DNA of 64,000 nt from the human T2T-CHM13v2.0 reference genome, Homo sapiens. Position numbers and translations under genes: made by a program. Positions 43,341 through 60,039 of this stretch are shown here, piece by piece. Each line of letters begins with the position of its first letter. The stretch's first letter is position 1. The stretch lies in NCBI RefSeq assembly GCF_009914755.1, contig NC_060934.1; one strand, 5' to 3'. The notes beneath the pieces were generated by a model. That model had not been told where the DNA came from and searched no databases. It saw only the letters and a list, made by a program, of their open reading frames with translations.

Positions 43341-43990
43341 TGGGCACTACCGTGGCACATGCTTGTCATTCATACATTGGTCAAAACCCATGTGCACTAC
43401 AGTGGCACGTGCTTGTCATTCATACATTAGTCAAAACCCATGGGCATTACAGTGGCACATGCTTGTCATTCATACATTGGTCAAAACCCATGAGTACTAC
43501 AGTGGCACGTGCTTGTCATTCATACATTAGTCAAAACCCATGGGCATTACAGTGGCACGTGCTTGTCATTCATACATTGGTCAAAACCCATGAGTACTAC
43601 AGTGGCACATGCTTGTCATTCATACATTGGTCAAAACCCAAGGGCACTACAGTGGCACATGCTTGTCATTCATACATTGGTCAAAACTCACGGGCACTAC
43701 AGTGGCACATGCTTGTCATTCATACATTGGTCAGAACCCATGGGCACTACAGTGGCACATGCTTGTCATTCATACATTGGTCAGAACCCATGGGCACTAC
43801 AGTGGCACATGCTTGTCATTCATACATTGGTCAGAACCCATGGGCACTACAGTGGCACATGCTTGTCATTCATACGTTGGTCAGAACCCATGGGCACTAC
43901 AGTGGCACATGCTTGTCATTCATACGTTGGTCAGAACCCATGGGCACTACAGTGGCACATGCTTGTCATTCATACGTTGGTCAGAACCCA
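43341..43990. repeat. 50-bp VNTR, 13 copies, derived from the L1MC 3' UTR
   Basis: Unit TGGGCACTACAGTGGCACATGCTTGTCATTCATACATTGGTCARAACCCA; exact 50-bp period. Confidence 0.97.
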
Positions 43991-44249
43991 TGGAATGTAC
44001 AACACCAAGAGTGAACCCTAATGTATACTGTGGACCTTGGGTCATAATGATATGTCAGTGTAGGTTTGTTGATTTTTAACAAATGTATTGCTCTGGTGTG
44101 GGATGTTGATAATAGGGGAGGCTGTGCATGTGCATTTGTGGGGCCAGGGAGTATGTGGGAACTCTGTATTTTCCACTCAATTTTGCTGTGAACTTAAAAT
44201 TGCTCTAAAAAATAAAGTTTACTAATCATAATTTTAAAAAAGTAATTCT

Positions 44250-44530
<281 letters not shown>

Positions 44531-47500
44531 ACTACAAAATATAATTGCGTATTTTTCTGATTTGAGTGTAGAAGGACTTCTGATCACAAAAGCAATGATA
44601 AAGGAATACATAGCTAGATTTCAGTAAAATTGTATTTAGTGTTTATTAAGAGGCAAAGAGAAAAGCATTGTATGGATAAACCTAATATAAAAATTAATAT
44701 ATAAATGGGAAAATGGTATGAATAGACAATGAAAAATAATTTAAAAGTGCTAATACACTTTGGGGAAAAGTAATAATATTTGATGCAAATATTTGAAAAC
44801 ATTTTATGCAGTATACTGATAAAAAACCTGAACCTACCACCAGAAGTAAAAATCGAACCTATTTGGTGTTTTGAATTTTCACACTGTGCTCCTCCATCTC
44901 TCTTCCCTGCACCCTCAACTGTTCTTGTTAACTATTGTGTTTATCGTTTCCTTAAAGCAGTTTTCACAAATATGTATATATCACCAAGCAACTTCTTGTT
45001 TAATTTTGCTTATTCTTAAGTTTTTTTCTGACGTGTTTTCTCCTTTATTCTCCCTTTTGCCCTCACCCCAGTTTGTGTAGAAGTAGTGTGGATATAAAGT
45101 GACACTTCTGTAGACTGAGGAGATTGCAGTACATCTGGATTTGTTGGGATAGAGAATATCAGTATCACCTAGGGGCTTATTAAAGTTACTCAGAAGTTTT
45201 TGCTACTTTTTATTTTTTTTTTTAACTACAGGCTTCTTGAGAATCATGGTCTACTTTTACCAAAAGGAGCCTGTAATATTCCTCAAATGTGTTGGAGCAG
45301 AACAAAGATTGAAGACTGTATTAATGATCTCTACAAAGAGTCTTCTGTTCTTTCTTTTTGATGTCTCAATCTTTGATAAAACATAAATGAAGGTTCACTC
45401 TGGGCTCTTGTTATTTACATAACAGCTGAAAAAAAGTGAATTTAATAATTTTATATTGAAGGTTTAGTATGTTCAAAATTGCTAGGCACCTTGAAAAACA
45501 TGAGTTATAAAAATGAATAAGACGTATCTTAGTTGAATTAAAACAATTCTTTTGAGGAATTTTGTACAAAATACTTTTGTACAAAAGCAATACATTTGTA
45601 AGAGATGTATAAACAAATTGATATTAGAATACAGAGGACAATTGAGTTTTATTTGGTTTGATTCCAGGAGAAAAGCCTGGTCAGGGAAAATTGCATTAAA
45701 GTAGATCCTAGAAAGGATAGGGAAATTTTTAATAATTGGTAAGGGGCAGGGGAGAACATTCCAGGGAGAGAGAACTGCATAAACAAAGAGATGGAGGTGT
45801 GAAGTTTGGGAGCATAATTGGGAACTGTGAGCAGTAATGCAATGTGCACTCAGATAAGGATGGACTGTAAGATTTGGTTTGGCCATATCAACAAGGACCT
45901 TAAGTAATCAGCTCTCTGTACCCAGGATTCTAAGACTTTCTTTTTATTGATGAACACTCAAATTGCTGTTCTTTTCTTATATCTAGTCACATCACTAGTC
46001 ATGTACTGGATGAGAGAAGGATTTTTGTCCGTTTTGCTTATTGCTATATCCCTAGAGCATAGAAGAGCACCTGGTGTGTAACACGCATATATGAATTATA
46101 TGTTAAATGAGTGAATGAATTTAGATTTCATAAGAAAGGATAATTTATGGTTGCACTTTAAAGAGATCTTGCCTCCATGGGTCAAGTTGTTTTTGGTACC
46201 TTTGTAATATGCCTCAAACTTCATTGTATTTCTCTCACTTGGATTTGTCTTTCCCTGGCATTTTTTGCAATGTTCTACGTGGGCTCTTATAACTAATGAT
46301 CATCCTCCTTATAGTGTACCTGTATTACAAGGTATGTTTATTTTCTGTGACTTGATTCAGGTAGTTCTCAAAATCTTTGATTTTTAACTTCACACCTGTT
46401 TTTCTGAGATGTAGCATTGCTTCATTCTTTAATCTTGATTTTAATCATTTCTGGGAATCTGTGACATCACTTTTAGAGTTTCTGCTACTTAGTCCCCACT
46501 ACATTCTTCTGGTTATGTTATATAAATAGTTACATTTACTATTTATTATGGTATTATTTTAAAATGTTAGCTTTGCTGTTAAATTTAACATTTTACATTT
46601 TACAGCTTTGCTGTATTTTTTATAGTTCTGAGCAAATTATTCATATTCTTACATATCATGAATTGTGAAAAAAAATTTACAAGTTGACTTGTTACCTATA
46701 CCTATATGTATTATTCTTCAGTGTTTGCTCTAGAAATTATAATATGCATCCTTAATTTACAATAGCCTCCCTTGAATTAATATAATACTACTTGCGTAAA
46801 ATATAGGAAATTTATAATAATATATTTCTGCTTACTCCCACTTCCCTTCCTTTGTGCTTTGGTTGTTATATATTTTATTTCTACGTGTGTTATAAGCCTA
46901 ATGACATCTATCAATTATTTTTATCTTTGCTTTAAACTGCCAATTATCTTTTAAAGAAATTAAGAAAGGGAAAAATTGGCTTTTACATTTTCCTACATAT
47001 TTACCATTTTGCAGAGTTCCTCATCTCTTTCTGCTGAAATTTTACCTCAGCGAGAAGTAGTGTCTCCCTTGTCTGAATTTTTATAGCACATATTGTGGAC
47101 CATTTATATGTCATATATGACCTTACAGTTAGTTCCATGTATATGTCAAATTTCCTCTGCCAGTTTTAGATTATTTTCTTGGCAAGGGTCGCCGTTTATA
47201 CAGTTTTAACTACTTCATTGTGTCTAGCACAGTGCCTTAGATAAAGTGGATACCTGTATATATTTTTAACTATGTAAGAATGAGTGAAACTTTGTTCATT
47301 TATCTGAGTATTTATATAATCTCACAGGATTGAGTTGTATTATTACAGTTCACCATTAGATGTCACTTTCTGACATATGTTAAATCCTTACCAATGAATT
47401 CCTTCCATTAAGGCATATTGGATTCTGAAAGTTGGTGCTCCAACACAAGTGCACTTAAACAGATAAATTTTTGTACATTTAAAAGTGATTACTGTCTAAA

Positions 47501-48933
47501 ATGGAAGTGTTCCTAAGTTATAATTTTTATATTTTCATTATGTATAAATTTATACAGAACTAACTGATTTTCCTAAAGTTTTCTTTAGAACTTGAATACT
47601 GGTATTGTTTTTGAATTATTTGCTCTGTGGAGCAGCTTGGAACTATTAGAAGTAATAGTGTGAGAATATTCAGGAATACCTTTAAACATGTTCAAAATGT
47701 ATTCTGATGGTGGTGTAATTCTGAAAGACATCTTATTTTAGGAGCCTGACTGACCCAGTTTTCTCAGGTTTTGATAGCAACTATATAGTTTATTTGTGTT
47801 TGCCTGAGAAAGGAGGGGAACTGAGTAGGCTGTGAAGAAACACAGAGGTAGAGAAAAAGGAGATTCCTGTGGCTGTCTTGGCCAGTCATGGAACACAGCA
47901 AAGTGCTTCCCTCCCTCATTCTCTAAACTTAAAAGATAGGAAAGGGCAGGTCAAGGAGATTTCAGCAATCTCAGAAGGCTTAATGTTCACTGTATATTTA
48001 AGAACCTAGATTTTAAACTCAGCATGATAACATGTATGATCTAGAGAGATGTTTCAGTGCGTCCCCAATGCTAGGATTCATGACAAACGCTTACCAGATT
48101 CCTACAAGCACGTCTCTCCATGCTGAGTTAAGAGAATCCTCTCTGTGATACCACTGCTCTCCGGACATCCAGGGTTTAACCTCTTTTCTTTCCCCATCTT
48201 GCCAGGAGACAGCAGGAAAATTATTGGGAGGTGGGAGGTGTGGTGGCAGTTTTCTTCAATTCATCTGGAATACTAAAATTTGAGTAAAATAACAATGCTG
48301 TTTCCTAATAGTGTAATAAATACCCCCAAAACTTACACCTAATCCAAGAATGTTACCATTCTTCATAATTTGTGACCTTCTAGTGTTCTGTCCCTCAACC
48401 TTTCACATCTCATTCCAGGAGTAACTTTCTTATATTTAATGTTCATGGTTTGATTTAAAATAATATTGTTTTCATATATCTATGTATGTATATAAAATTT
48501 GATTTTTAAGCCATGATTATAATAAACTAAAGTGCCAATTAGAATATTTAAATTCCATTTTGTATTGATCAAATTACAAACAACGCGATGTCAACAAATG
48601 AAGTTTTATCTTGGAGTATTTCTGTGTTTTAGAATAAACTTAAATGCATTTTCTAAAAGTATATTGGTATGAAGTGACCACTTATCCTTCCTGGGATAAC
48701 CTTTTTAACTTTTTGGCTTTTAGAATGTCATTCTTCATGATGTAATGAAATGAATGATACTTTATATGAAGTAACTGGTGATGTGGATGGTAGAAAAAAA
48801 TAGAAAGTGGGCAATACTACATACTAAGTATAATCAATAGTTGAGAGGTCCTGATAATGTTACTCACTTATACTGATAATTCATTTTGTAATCTGTTTTT
48901 TTCCCTTATGTTTTTGTTTATTACTGCAGCTAA

Positions 48934-49065
<132 letters not shown>

Positions 49066-49312
49066 TAAGTAAATTTAAACACAAATATCTCTGTAAAATG
49101 TCGTAGAAGACTTTGGGGGAAAGGCCAAAAAAAATTTTATCTGTTATGCTAATCAACATATATTACAAAGAACTGAAGACACTTTTTGCTTTGCAGGAGT
49201 ATTATTAGAAAAACAAACACAGAAACATACACAAACAACTTGTGTTTAGAAGTTTCATAGAAAAATTAGATAAGGAAAATATCACTATATACTATTTATA
49301 ATAGTTTTTTAG

Positions 49313-49635
<323 letters not shown>

Positions 49636-50274
49636 AGAGATTCTTTTATTAAAAACACCTTTAGTGAATCACTTTTATGTAGCGAAGCTATCTAAAAACA
49701 GTCTACTGTTTATTACTAATTTTAACATAGGATAGGCATGGTATGTGTAGTAAGAAACATCTTACTACTTTATAGCCCACTAACAGAATTTTTAACAATT
49801 TCCTTCTGTATTTTAGAAATCATGTTAAATAAACATTCAGTTTTAAAGAAGAAAATTGTCCACCCCCATCCCCTAGTTTCTCATGCTATTTATATGGGTA
49901 GACAGATTCAGGATACCAAAAAAAAAAATCAAAGTACCTTATGTAGCTTCTATTTACATGTTGTATGCTAATTATAAGGGAGTCTTCAATTAGGAACTTG
50001 GTTTTGTTTTGTTTCTCTGGGTATTCTTAAAGATATAAAGCTAAATTTATCTTTTTTAAGTGTTTGGAATTTTAAAAATAATTTAGAGAAAATTTCTTGA
50101 TACTTTTCACATTCTTTAGATGCTATGGGTAGAAATGGAGAATGGGAGTAATTTACAAAACTCACTTAAATAAATGCTTTTTTTGGCCTTTATTAATAAG
50201 TAATATATTGAGTTCCATGTATTTTTGTCCTTTCCCTGTATGCTGGTGAAGAAGATTACAAAGGCTACTTAACG

Positions 50275-50664
<390 letters not shown>

Positions 50665-53600
50665 TTAAAGCTATGTACAACTCCTTGCTCCTATAAGATA
50701 GTAGAAGAAAAAAAAGATAATACTATGTGAACAATAAGAATAAAATAAATAGTACATTATTTTAATTATTATGCTTTTAAATAAAGCACATAATTTGGGG
50801 TATGATAACTACATGCAAATGATGTTGATGTAAAACATTTAAAAAAAACTCAGAGTACAAAACAGTATTTTCTTATGGTTGAGATTTTTAAAAAACCATC
50901 CTTTACATAAAAATTGCTTAGAGAAGAATGTTTAAATAAAATAAGGTTTTCTTTGGATTCAGCTTTTTAAATTAAAATCATGTAAACATGACAGCCGTTT
51001 CAGTTTTTCAGATGACCTTTGTTCATCTGTAGCATGTTTCTCTAGAAGCTTTAGGGACATTTCTCTAAGCAGCTATCAGAATCTCCCAGTGTGAATGTTG
51101 CTGTTAGATTGTGACCACCTTCTAATCTGGGAGTAAGATAATTAACTCCCACAGTAATGGGTGGCAGATACCTGTTGGATTATTACAACACGTGTGTGTA
51201 CATGTATACACATGTTAAACTGTAGTAAAAGACATGGAGATTAACAGGATTGCCTGCATCTCATTTTGCATTATGTATTATTGATAAGCATTCTTTTCTC
51301 TCCTTTCTTCATCAGCATAGCCTTAACTGATGCCAAGGCTTATTTTTCTTCATGTTGTAAGGTCCATAGTTTTACAATTAAATATGAATAAATTTATTTA
51401 CCTACCAGATAGTCTTGGTTTTTATTAGTCTCATCTAAAGATGAAAAAGAAAAAGAAAGAATCAGAGGTTAAGTGCTTAAGACTGGGTCCCAAGTGTTTC
51501 CTCTTCCTCATCTCATCTGAGAGGTATGCCATGTTTATTTTTATTATGTAGCTCACATCAGAGCATCCTGTACTTCCTTCATAACATTAATCACATTTGT
51601 CATTGTTTCCCTGCTAGACAGCTCCAAGAAAGAACTGTCTAGAAAATTGCCTAACCCGGCCAGTGCCTTTGCTTCTTGGCTAATATTAATTTCCTTGTTT
51701 ATTAAACTTGCCTAAGGTAAGTTAGGAAGTAGCATTGCATTATGGCAGGAAGTCAGATCTTTTGCTCTAAAGCCTAATACTCCTATTCTGTACTCTCGGT
51801 AGGTAAATACTTTTCAAGCCTTAGATTCATTTTCAATCAAGTCGCTCTGCTTAGTCAAGTCCGAACATAAAGATAATCTTTTAAACTTTGCAGATATCTT
51901 AAGGTACTGAAGGCTGTAGTAGGGTTACTGTCAAGAATGCATGTTAGTCATTAAGTTTCATTTCTTATTTTGACTGATGAGTGACGCCATTATAAAAAAA
52001 GCTACACGGTTTTTGTCAAGCATTAAAAGTTGTGGGCTTTGGGGTGACTGGCTCTTAGCCTGGTACACCCTAAACACTCTAGTTTACTTCTGTATAATGG
52101 TTTAGTTGTGCTTGCTTTTGTTCTTTTAATCTCTAGGTTTCTCTTCTTTTTTGTTGTTGGTTTTTTTTTTTTTTTGGAACTGATTGAAGAAACCTGGCCA
52201 TTGGTTGTGATTTTTCCATAGTCCGGCTTTTGCTGATTGCATCCCTGTAGTCTAGTTTAACCTGTTGCTCAGTCCTTTTTATTTCATGGAGATTGATAGC
52301 TGCATCTGGTGGCTTGGGGGAGGGGGCAAGACTATTCCCTGGGAGTGGTATGTTCTACCATCAGGACACACATGATGTCAGTTGTTTCTCATTTTGTGAT
52401 GTACATAGCAATTGACGCTAGATCCAGGAACTCATTAAGGACTGCCAAATGATAATCATCCAATCTATCTTTCCTTTTCTAACTGGACTGCTTCTATAAG
52501 GACATAGCTTCCCATCCTCTGCTATTTGGTTACCATGTGGTATGGTTCATATGGGAAAAGTAGAATAATTCATTCTCTTTATGTATTTAGCAGTTTTAAA
52601 AATAGGATCCTTTAATGGTAACCAATTAGATTTAAAAACAAATTGCCCTTTGGAATTCATGCATTTAATTACATTTCATATATTTCAGTCCATTTTCGAC
52701 ATACCCCTTATTGATGCTATCTTTGACCAGTTGGAGCCTGTGCAGTGCTGGCTCCTGAACTACTTTCTGCTTGTTATGAACAAGATGTTTCAGGATCTTC
52801 TTGTACATATCCTGCCCCAGGCCTGGAACCATTGATTTCTCCCAGGTGCTCTGGTTTCTTTTAGTTTTAAAATGTATTTTAAGAGCACCTCCTGGCTACT
52901 CAGTGTTGCTACTGGTGGGTCTGTCTTTCTAGGCCTTTGGACAGAGTTATGAAATGCATATACTTTTAAAAGATAAAAACACCTCCTGAGTTCATGCTGA
53001 TATTTTCCATTGAACTTTGTGGCTACTGGGTTTTATTTACTTAACTCTTCTATCTAAAATCTTTATCTACTTTCTGACATGGTGAGAATCATGGTTCTCA
53101 GGGACATCATCTGTGATAAAATTTTAGAATCTCGTGTAGTCAGTTATTTTATGCAACATTAAATACACAGCTATTAGAATAAGAAAATCTTAAATATTCT
53201 ATATACCATGTATAGTTATGATTATGTTATTATTTTCTTATCTACACACATCCTTATTTAGTTTGGAGCCTCTCTTAGTATGTTGGATCTTCTTTTCCTG
53301 TCTTCTGTATTTGTACTTTTTAATTCTTTTCATCTTTTTTCTTTTTGATTTTTAGTATTTTTCCTTCACTGCAACCTCTTTTTATGTAACATTATCTGGT
53401 GTATATTCATTTTTGTGTACCCTCTAATTTAGACTTCATTTCTGAAGTGATTTTTTTTCCATTTACTTCAAATGTTTAACTCAGAATTCTGACTTTTTCT
53501 TCTGATTTATAGCTTGTTTACCTTATATCATTTTCTTCATGTCTTTTCTCATGTGTTGAGACCGTAGATTCTAGCTTCCTTCTGTTTTGTCGGCTTGTCT

Positions 53601-54396
53601 TTCTGGCACATTTCTGACCATCAGGGTGTCATTCTGCTGCGTGTGCCATAGTCCTCTCTGTTGGTCATTCTTACGTGAAATCACTTTCCCTAAACTTGTG
53701 GCAGGGCAGAGTGGTTCTGAATACTCTTTCCAGATTTATGGCTCTAAAGTTCTCCCTATGCCATGTTTATGAAGTGGTAAAAATAGAGCCTAATTTTTCC
53801 TGAGATTTCCTGGGTTTTTCTCCATCTTTTCCCCGTTTTTTTTTGTGGAATCACCTTTTCTTATACTTAGGGTCTTTTCAACTGACTGCGGTAGTAGTTG
53901 TTACTTTTATTCGTAGCCTTTCTCTGTAATACCGGGCTTTGTCCTGGAAAGGAACTGTGACTGCTTAATTTTGAGTGTTTGTAGGCCCCATTAAGCTCTA
54001 GCTCCTTAAGAATTTACCACAAATTCATGAATTACCATGAGTCATCTGCAAATGGGAGTGTGTAAAATCCTGACCAGTTTCAGTGCTATTATCAAGTGGG
54101 CCTACTGTGCTTTCCAGCGAGTCTTTGTTGGGCATTTTACCCTCCTATACTCTCTGTTCCATTAGTATCTGTTGTGCCTCTCTGTCTTCTGTAAGGGTCT
54201 CGATACCAATCAGGATTGTAGCTCTCAGAGATTTGTTCTCACCTGCTCAAATTTTGGGATACATAGGAGTTCGCATGACCTAATTTTGTTGTACTGTGTA
54301 TGTTGTCCAAAGGCATTTTGCTTTATTTGGTATTCTTCCAGTAACTCTATCTAGTAGGTTTGGGGAGATTTAAAAACTATGTTACCGTCATAATCA

Positions 54397-54793
<397 letters not shown>

Positions 54794-54916
54794 CTAAAGG
54801 CACAGGATATTTTCTGAAGTTTAAAAGTGGAGCCAAAAGCAAATAATTCCTTCTGACAGAGGTAAATCAAAGGAGTGTTCTCCATGTTGTGTACTACACT
54901 GGACACATCAGAATAA

Positions 54917-55249
<333 letters not shown>

Positions 55250-55298
55250 AGGATTCTTAACATAGCAAGACTTGGGTTGCAGTTTAAAAAAGAAATTC

Positions 55299-55580
55299 CG
55301 GCCGGGCGCCATGGCTCACGCCTGTAATCCCAGCACTTAGGGAGACCGAGGCAGGCAGATCACGAGGTCAGGAGTTCGAGACTAGCCTGGCCAACATAGT
55401 GAAACCCTGTCCCTACTAAAAATACAAAAATTAGCTAGGCATGGTGGCGCACGCCTGTAGTCCCAGCTACTTGGGAGGCTGAGGCAGGAGAATCGCTTGA
55501 ATCTGGGAGACGGAGGTTGTGGTGAGCTGAGCTGAGATCGGGCCACTGCACTCAGACTGGGGAACAGAGCAGGACTCTCT

Positions 55581-55611
<31 letters not shown>
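55299..55611 (+). mobile_element. AluS with long A tail
   Basis: TSD-like aaagaaattcc/aaagaaatccc. Confidence 0.93.
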
Positions 55612-55613
<2 letters not shown>

Positions 55614-55880
55614 AATCCCACAAGTAGAATTTGTGGCCATTTGAAGGATTTAAGTCTCAGATCCTCATAATTAATTGAATTCTTAGGGACTAATAATTCT
55701 CATCTCTGTAACAAAATAGGAGAACTTATCTGTTCTGAATGTTTGTTCCATCTAATTGTGATGGTATTTAACTTGGCGGAGTTCATAGCAGTAATCATTA
55801 GTTGTCACAATATCTCCCCAAGAAAGAGAGTTCCGAGTCTTTTTTTCCCCACATTCTTTTAATTTTCCTTTTTAAAAAAC

Positions 55881-56185
55881 TGCTGATGTTGGCTCCTGCC
55901 TGAAATGCCAGCATTTTTGGAGGCTGAGATTGGGGGATCGCTTGAGAGTAGGAGTTTGAGAACAGCCTGAGCAACATATTGAGACCCTATCTCTACAAAA
56001 AATCTGAAAAATTAGCCAAGCATGGTGGTGCGTGCCTGTAGTCTCAGCTTCTTGGGAGGCTGAGGGAGGATCGCTTGAGCCCAGGAGATCAAGGCTGCAG
56101 TGAGCTGTGATTGTGCCACTGCACTCCAGCCTGGGAGACAGAGTGAGACCCTGTCTCAAAACAAAAACAAAACGAAACAAAAAAA
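55881..56185 (+). mobile_element. AluJ-like
   Basis: Alu consensus match. Confidence 0.88.
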
Positions 56186-56284
56186 CCCTGCAAGTCTTAT
56201 ATCCAAGAAGGTAGTAGGGAAGGTACTGTAAGTTAGATAATCACTGCTAAGATGTTTTGAATATTTCAGATATTTAAAAACCAT

Positions 56285-56579
<295 letters not shown>

Positions 56580-57233
56580 CCATACCCAAGATAAACTTCT
56601 TTAACAAGCTCCAACATTTTGGCATGGAAAATATTAAAAGGGTCAGTCTGAAATCAAAATATGTATATGTGGTTAAGTCTGATTTTTGATTAACGATGAA
56701 ACTGCCCCTCTGATTTAAAGCTATATTTATAAATTTGATTTAATGATAATATGAAATTCTATAGATGACCTCATTTGGGAGCTAAATAAGCACAAATAAA
56801 TTTTGGCCTATCAGCGAAAACATTTTACATTTTTAGAAACTGGAGGATATTTTGTGATGTTTAATCATTGTAAAATGGAAACAAATTAGTCATTTTATCA
56901 TGAAGAAGAAAATGCCGTAGTAAGTTGAGGGTTATGTGTGAAGATAAGCACAGGCAATAGCAGCTTCTCTTTTCAGTTTAAATGTCTGTAAATGCTAAAT
57001 TATAGCTAGCACATATGAATTAATCAGTTTTGTGTAATTTGAATAGGTATCATAATAAACTTTTGAAAGTTATTTAACAGTAATATTAAATATTTATAAA
57101 ATATTTTTATGCTTAAGATGTTAGCCCTCGTTTTACACATTATAAATCAAGAAGTAAAGGATGAAGAATCATGTAACAACAAAATCAGTGACAAGTGAAA
57201 TTTAAACTTTGAATCACTGACTTTCCCAGTATG

Positions 57234-57540
57234 AGACCATGTGCTGTGGTTCACACCTGTAATCCCGGCACTTTGGGAGGCTGAGGCAGGTGGATCGCTT
57301 GAGCTCAGGAGCTTCAAAACCAGCCTGGGCAACATAATGAGACCCCATCTCTACAAAAAAAAAAACCACAAAATTAGCCGGGTGTGGTGGTGTATGCCTG
57401 TAGTCCCAGCTACTCAGGAGGCTGAGGAGGGAGGATGGCTTGAGCCTGGAAGGTTGAGTTACGGTGAGCCATGATTGTTCCACTGTGCTCCGGCCTGGGC
57501 AACAGAGTGAGACCCTGTCTCAAAAAAAAAAAAAAAAAAA
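57234..57540 (+). mobile_element. AluJ-like
   Basis: TSD ttcccagtatga. Confidence 0.9.
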
Positions 57541-60039
57541 TTCCCAGTATGATTCATAACTCATTGTCATGTTATTTCTCTAGATGCCGTGTCTATTTTA
57601 GTATCCATTAAAAACAAGTTACATATATCACTTCCTTTTCTTCTTTAATCCAAACAAATTAGTCACATCTGATTTGGACTATTATGACTTGGCTTTAGAG
57701 GTTTATAATTATTTTAAGTAATGGTTATAAGATAGTTTAAAGACATACTGTTGAAATAAGTACAGATTTTATACTAGTCTCTACTGGCATTGTTGGCTAG
57801 AGTGTGTGATTGAGGGAGGTTGGCTTGTTAATTATGGACTACTAGAAAAAGCAATTGAAGTATTGGACCTATATGTTTCCTTCCTGTCTTGGGCAACTTT
57901 AATTTTGTGTTTCTAGTGGTGATTACACTGTGAGTAGTATGATTAAACTAGCATTGGATTGGTAGACTAGTCCCACTCAAGTGAATGTTTCAGGTTAGGG
58001 CATCAATTAATTACTTGCGTTGCTTACTTTACGGTCAGACCCCAGTTAGAAAATGTGACCTCTGACCTCTTGTGACATGTTTGGCATTGACATTTCTGAG
58101 TTCTCCTGGAGTTCTTCCTGTCGCTACAGATATACATAAACGCAAACTGTAAGTCCTCATCACGTGCAGGTTGCGTGTGAAATTTCAACTAGGTACACAT
58201 TATTTCTTTAACTTTTTGAAAACACTTTCCAGGAACTGTTTATTTATGTAAGTTAAATTTTGCTATGTCTCACTGTCAATTTCTCTTCCTTCACTGGAAT
58301 TATTGGAGAGGAAGAGAATAGCCATTGCCTAAGTTACTTCTTTGGAAATAAGTTCATTAAAAAACAACTGATTAGTATTATACTGTTTATGTAATCCCAA
58401 GGATTCTCCACAGAATTGCCTGTTGTATTCTCATTTCCATCTATATTGATTGTTTCTTACATATCTTATTATGAAACCAGATTGGCAGGTATACTGTTAT
58501 TATTGTATACAATAATGGCCTTACAGAAGAAGTAACTGATTCTGAATAAGTAGAGTCCACAGTGAGTTTTTTCCAGCATGCCAAATTCTTAGGACATTCA
58601 CCTTGCCTTGGGTTGTTGTCTAGCTGTTTTCATGTATTTCACATTTCTTTGCATGTCTATGAAGAAAAACATACAAGGCACATAAAATAATAAGGCGGTA
58701 GTACCAAATAACAGGAGAGGGTCAGTACCACAGATTGGAGTCTATCAGTTTACAACACTATAGACCTTATTTGAGGGGACAGTCACTGTGAGAATGCTTG
58801 GGATGCCTTGTGAAGGGTACAGAAATAGTCAGGCCTTGATATTTCGATGGGATTCGACAAGGCAGAGAGGCGAGTCAAAGCATAGACTGTCTGGATCAAG
58901 CAGAGGGACTGTAGGGCTTAAGGGAAAGTGGATAAAAAGGCAGAAAGAGTTAGACCAGCAGGGTCTTTAATGCTAGCATTGAAATTTTTATCCTGTAGCG
59001 AGAGGGGAATAGCAAATATTTTTTGAATGTAGAAATGGTAAAAGTAAAACACAGTCATTTTTTTCCACCGCAGCTGGATTGACTCGAGTCTGTCTGCTCT
59101 TCTCTGTTCTGGCCTGGGTTTTCATCCTTATGACTTTCTTGCCTGTTTTTCCAGCCCCTAGCTTTGCTAGTCTCTGTTTCTTCCCATCGTTGGTGTTAGA
59201 GATGCTTTTCAACAACATCATCAGATTGGTCCACTGTTGCAAACGTTTTCCTGCTGCCCGTGAAGTCCACATTCCCATGCATAGGTGTTGCTGTCTCGCC
59301 CTGCCTCTTCTGCACACCCTCCTGCAACTCCCCACTCTCCTTAGGCTCCGGCTGGGCTCTCGCAGGCCCTCAGATCTGCGTTTCCCATGCTCTGCCTTGG
59401 GACGCCCTTCCCAGACTCCTCCTTCAGGTGTTGGTGTTATCTCCTGACACCTTTAAGTCAACCTAATTCTGTCAGTTATTTTTCTAAATTTTAGGTCTGG
59501 TTATGCTCTTAAAATTCTCTTTTGATTTCCTCATTATTGATAAAGTCCAAATACCTGAGCAAGGCATTTGTACAAAGCTCTTTACAGTGAGACCCTGACA
59601 TTTCTTCTTTTCATACCCAGCGTCTCCCTACTCAGTGTTCCACCTGATGAGACTATTCTCAATTGCCTGAGCACTTTATGGATTCTTCATTTTGTATTTT
59701 TCCTTCATCAGTGGACAAAATCATACCCATTCTTTTAGGATCCAACTCAAATCTCCTTTGAGATTTTTGAGACATTCCTTATTCAAGCCCATTTTCCTTT
59801 CTCTTTGTTCCCTTAGTAATATATATATAGATATATAATTTGATTTCATTATTTATTAGTCTCTTAGGATCTTTGAAGAGCATTCTGCTTCCTTTTGATG
59901 GTGAGCACCTTGAGGGTAGGGTATATATATTTTCTATCTTTGTATCTTAGTGTGAGGAGTAGTAATTGGAACTTTAATAATATTCAGCTGTGTAAACTGT
60001 AGAAGTGGTTTGAAGGAGGGTTATAATAATTGATAACAT

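Larger units (their letters stand above)
37480..44240 (+). mobile_element. Long L1MC-like element (5' region, decayed ORF1/ORF2, 3' UTR) with nested insertions
   Basis: EN/RT remnants (aatgtgtacgcacctaacaac; [27 protein letters not shown]); L1MC 3' UTR gtacaacaccaagagtgaaccctaatgta. Confidence 0.8.

Noticed and set aside
43325-44079. Long ORFs in all three + frames
   Set aside because: Artefact of a largely stop-free 50-bp unit cycling through frames; no initiation or splice context.
48775-48880. Possible C/D-box snoRNA (TGATGT...CTGA) ~75 nt upstream of the exon 2 acceptor
   Set aside because: Imperfect C box, no convincing terminal stem and no recognisable rRNA/snRNA guide; would need a snoscan/Infernal hit.
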